This document shows, piece by piece, positions 61,490-64,000 of a stretch of 64,000 bases of DNA. The stretch spans positions 4,480,001 to 4,544,000 of the forward strand of contig CAVWVQ010000003.1 of the NCBI GenBank assembly GCA_963758525.1, read 5' to 3'. Position 1 is the first letter of the stretch. The number at the start of each line of letters is the position of its first letter. Source of the stretch: an uncultured Phycisphaerales bacterium (GTDB taxonomy: Bacteria; Planctomycetota; Phycisphaerae; Tepidisphaerales; Tepidisphaeraceae). The notes beneath the pieces were generated by a model, which did not search any database, was not told where the DNA came from, and saw nothing but the letters and a program-made list of their open reading frames with translations. A program made the translations under genes and the position numbers.

Positions 61490-64000
61490 TTAAGCCACTA
61501 CGTCCATCGCAAACACTTTGACGTTGCCGTTGTTGGGCAGCGTGATGCTTTCCACCGTCTTCAATGGATTCAAAGCGAAGCTGTATCCATACACCCGGCG
61601 CGTGCCGGTTTGCTTCGTTCCTGCAGCGGTGTCGAAGTATGGCATGCTCAGCGCGACTGATTCGCCCGAGTTGGTCGAACTCGAAGCCCAGTCGCTGATG
61701 CTTTGTGTCACGGTCTGGGTCGTGCCGTCAGTGTAGTGGATGGTAAAGACCTGGTTGCCCTGACCACCTCTGGCGGCTGTAGCGAGGATCTGCAGAGAAC
61801 TGTAATTGCCGGTGGGCAGAGTCAACGTCTGCCCGAGACCCACGACAAGATCGCTTGTGCCGGGCGAACCGATGTTGAAGACGTTGCCATTCCAGTTGAC
61901 CGAGGTGCCCAGGAGACTCGCGGAGAAGGAACTGCCGCCATAATCGAGGCTGTTGCCATTGGAAAACGTCGAACCATCGGTGGCAATCCCCGTGTTGGTA
62001 AAGGCGGAAGACAAGTTGGTCTGTACGCGAGACAGCTGCAAATCGGTGAAGGTAGCGGTGCACAATCCGTTGTTGTTGTGATTGGTCACGGACAGGCCAA
62101 CTTGGGCTGTTGTGGCCATTGTGATCGTCTGAGTCGTGCCGACCTGGACCCAATCCGTCGAGGCCGGGTTCGCAACGGTTGTGTAGTATGCGGAGAAGGC
62201 GTTACCGCTACGAACCAGCTTGAGCCAGACGGGCCCGCTCACGCCACTGATGTAGCTTTGAGAGGTGCTGCCTCCGGCGGTGCTGCGCCACTGGAAGCTC
62301 ACATTACCACCCGGGGTCTGGAGGACGTTGGCAAATGCAGCGTTCGCAGAGGTGTCATTGCGGAACATAAGTCCGGACTTGGCCCACGCCTGGCTGTTGC
62401 TGCTGCTGACGGAAGTTTCCCGGGCGGTGATGGTTTCGTCGCCGGTGACGGCCGTGGATACGAAGTGGAACTTATCGGACCCGCCCCAGATATCGCTGCC
62501 GCCGCCGACAACGGTATACGTGGAGCCGTCGAACTTGCCCGACCCTGCCTGACCCGGCGAGCCGATGTCGAGCGTGCTGCTGAACGCGCCGAGCGGGGCG
62601 TACGGGTTGGTAAGGGTTAACTGAATCGGGATGTTGGAGAAGGTGGTGCCCGCCTGGTCTTTATAAGTGACACCGGGGAGGACGATGTAGTACGAACCGT
62701 CGGTGCGCTGATTAACCGTCGCCGCCTGAAGCTGGGCGCCGGTGAAGCTCTGGCTGAATGAAGTAGGCCCGCCGGACGGATCGAAGAACGAACCGGTGAG
62801 GGTATATCCGTTCGCCTCGGCCGCAAGTGGCAGCATTAGCGTCAGCGGAGAAGAGGGTGTGAAGGCGGGTGTCACCGGATTGACGTCCGCGAACACCGGG
62901 AACGACACCAACAGTCCGTTGACCGTGCGGGTCAGCAGATTCCAACCGTTGACAAGCGTTGAGGCGGTGGTTTCGTTGACACGAGTTCCGTTCTGATCCG
63001 TGTATTGCAACAGGTAACTGCTGCCCGACACGTATTCTTTGCTGACGCGAGCAGGCGACCTGAAGGGGGATGCCGCACCAAGCAGGCCATTCGACAGCGG
63101 CATGGCGGTGGCGTTGGCCGGCGCCGCTTGGTTACCGACGGCAATGCCGTACTGCGCCATCAGCTGCGCGTTGGTCTTATCGAGCATCGTCGCGGGAATC
63201 GTTGCCAGTGCGGTGCCGGTGGCGAACGGAACATAATTCGCAGCCTGCTCTGGGAAGTAGAGTTGCTGCCCGGCATTCGGGCCGCCCGTGAAAGTAATCG
63301 CGGTGGCGAAGAAGTCTCGCTGGATGTCGTATTCAGAAACCCAACCATTGCCGTTGAAGTCGTACTGGTAATGGGTCTTCCCGTTCAGGGCCGCGGCACT
63401 GAGGGTGACAAACTGTGTAGTGCCGTCGAAGGGAATGAAGTTGTTTCCGTCGTACCCGCCGGTTTGGCCATTTTGTGCCGGTCGTGTGAAGTAGAAGTCA
63501 GTGATGTTCTCGAAGGTGCCGCCGTTCACGGCATTGAGGCCGTGACTATCCACGCCCCAGCCGGTGTTGAAACCCTCGACGGTCATGTTATCCAGCTCCA
63601 TATCGCCCGTATTGGTGTTGCCTGAAATGCCCTGGCCGGATGGGGCATTCAGATTGCCGAGGAGCGTGAGGTTCTGCAAGATGATGTTGGTGTGGGGCCC
63701 GCCAATTGCGTTGTAGGAGTACGGGGCGAAGAAGCCGTTATTCACATTCCACGCCGTCGAATTCTTGAACACATTCACGTTTTTGGTGTGATCGTAGACG
63801 GCTTCAAAACCATTGCCCGAGGCGTAGGTCGTATTGCCATCAAAATCGCGGACGCCAACTTCCCATGCCGGGACGCTGGTTGCCCCAGGAAACGCTGCCG
63901 CCGCATCGGAATCAAAATTTGCCGCGGCAATGTCGATCTCACTCTGGTGGTCGAACTGCATGCCGTTGAGCGGGTAGTAGACGAATCCCGCTTCGGGCAT
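61490..64000 (-). CDS. C-terminal part of a large secreted protein: beta-helix-like region, concanavalin/DUF1349-like module and C-terminal carbohydrate-binding-like module
   Basis: Open across the right edge; GGSDIWGGSDKFHF...WAKSGLMFR...PVWLKLVRSGNAFSAYY; FTIHYTDGT...SISDW...VESITLPNNGNVKVFAM. Confidence 0.75.
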   Translation of the reverse strand: MPEAGFVYYPLNGMQFDHQSEIDIAAANFDSDAAAAFPGATSVPAWEVGVRDFDGNTTYASGNGFEAVYDHTKNVNVFKNSTAWNVNNGFFAPYSYNAIGGPHTNIILQNLTLLGNLNAPSGQGISGNTNTGDMELDNMTVEGFNTGWGVDSHGLNAVNGGTFENITDFYFTRPAQNGQTGGYDGNNFIPFDGTTQFVTLSAAALNGKTHYQYDFNGNGWVSEYDIQRDFFATAITFTGGPNAGQQLYFPEQAANYVPFATGTALATIPATMLDKTNAQLMAQYGIAVGNQAAPANATAMPLSNGLLGAASPFRSPARVSKEYVSGSSYLLQYTDQNGTRVNETTASTLVNGWNLLTRTVNGLLVSFPVFADVNPVTPAFTPSSPLTLMLPLAAEANGYTLTGSFFDPSGGPTSFSQSFTGAQLQAATVNQRTDGSYYIVLPGVTYKDQAGTTFSNIPIQLTLTNPYAPLGAFSSTLDIGSPGQAGSGKFDGSTYTVVGGGSDIWGGSDKFHFVSTAVTGDETITARETSVSSSNSQAWAKSGLMFRNDTSANAAFANVLQTPGGNVSFQWRSTAGGSTSQSYISGVSGPVWLKLVRSGNAFSAYYTTVANPASTDWVQVGTTQTITMATTAQVGLSVTNHNNNGLCTATFTDLQLSRVQTNLSSAFTNTGIATDGSTFSNGNSLDYGGSSFSASLLGTSVNWNGNVFNIGSPGTSDLVVGLGQTLTLPTGNYSSLQILATAARGGQGNQVFTIHYTDGTTQTVTQSISDWASSSTNSGESVALSMPYFDTAAGTKQTGTRRVYGYSFALNPLKTVESITLPNNGNVKVFAMDVVA

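Overview
GC-rich bacterial chromosomal window, most consistent with a planctomycete (LEPR-XLL secreted proteins, an ECF sigma next to a Ser/Thr kinase, dense REP-like repeats). Many genes are split by single-base frameshifts, which look like long-read errors. From left to right the window holds: two tandem atypical Clp-type AAA+ ATPases; accessory and secreted proteins; a class III nucleotide cyclase divergent from an ABC exporter-cNMP fusion; a ~17 kb signalling locus (20.0-37.2 kb); a complete mlaFEDC-mlaA operon; two PIN toxin-antitoxin pairs; an esterase; a heterodimeric ABC exporter; tRNA-Ala(GGC); a redox cluster; a GH79-like hydrolase; a PAS hybrid kinase; and a partial large secreted protein. 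The 20-37 kb locus is the main candidate for an undescribed system. It has an ECF sigma, a ZAS-Ser/Thr kinase and three signal-peptide TPR-CHAT (caspase-like) proteases on the minus strand. On the plus strand are two small secreted precursors with repeated (D)DGPG..GY cores, a YbjN-like secreted protein and a candidate sRNA. All four plus-strand units carry an identically spaced TGTAAGG-N15-CGTA promoter motif, and the three protein genes also share a two-hairpin 5' leader and a homologous signal peptide. All functional calls come from motif recognition by eye; no database searches were run.
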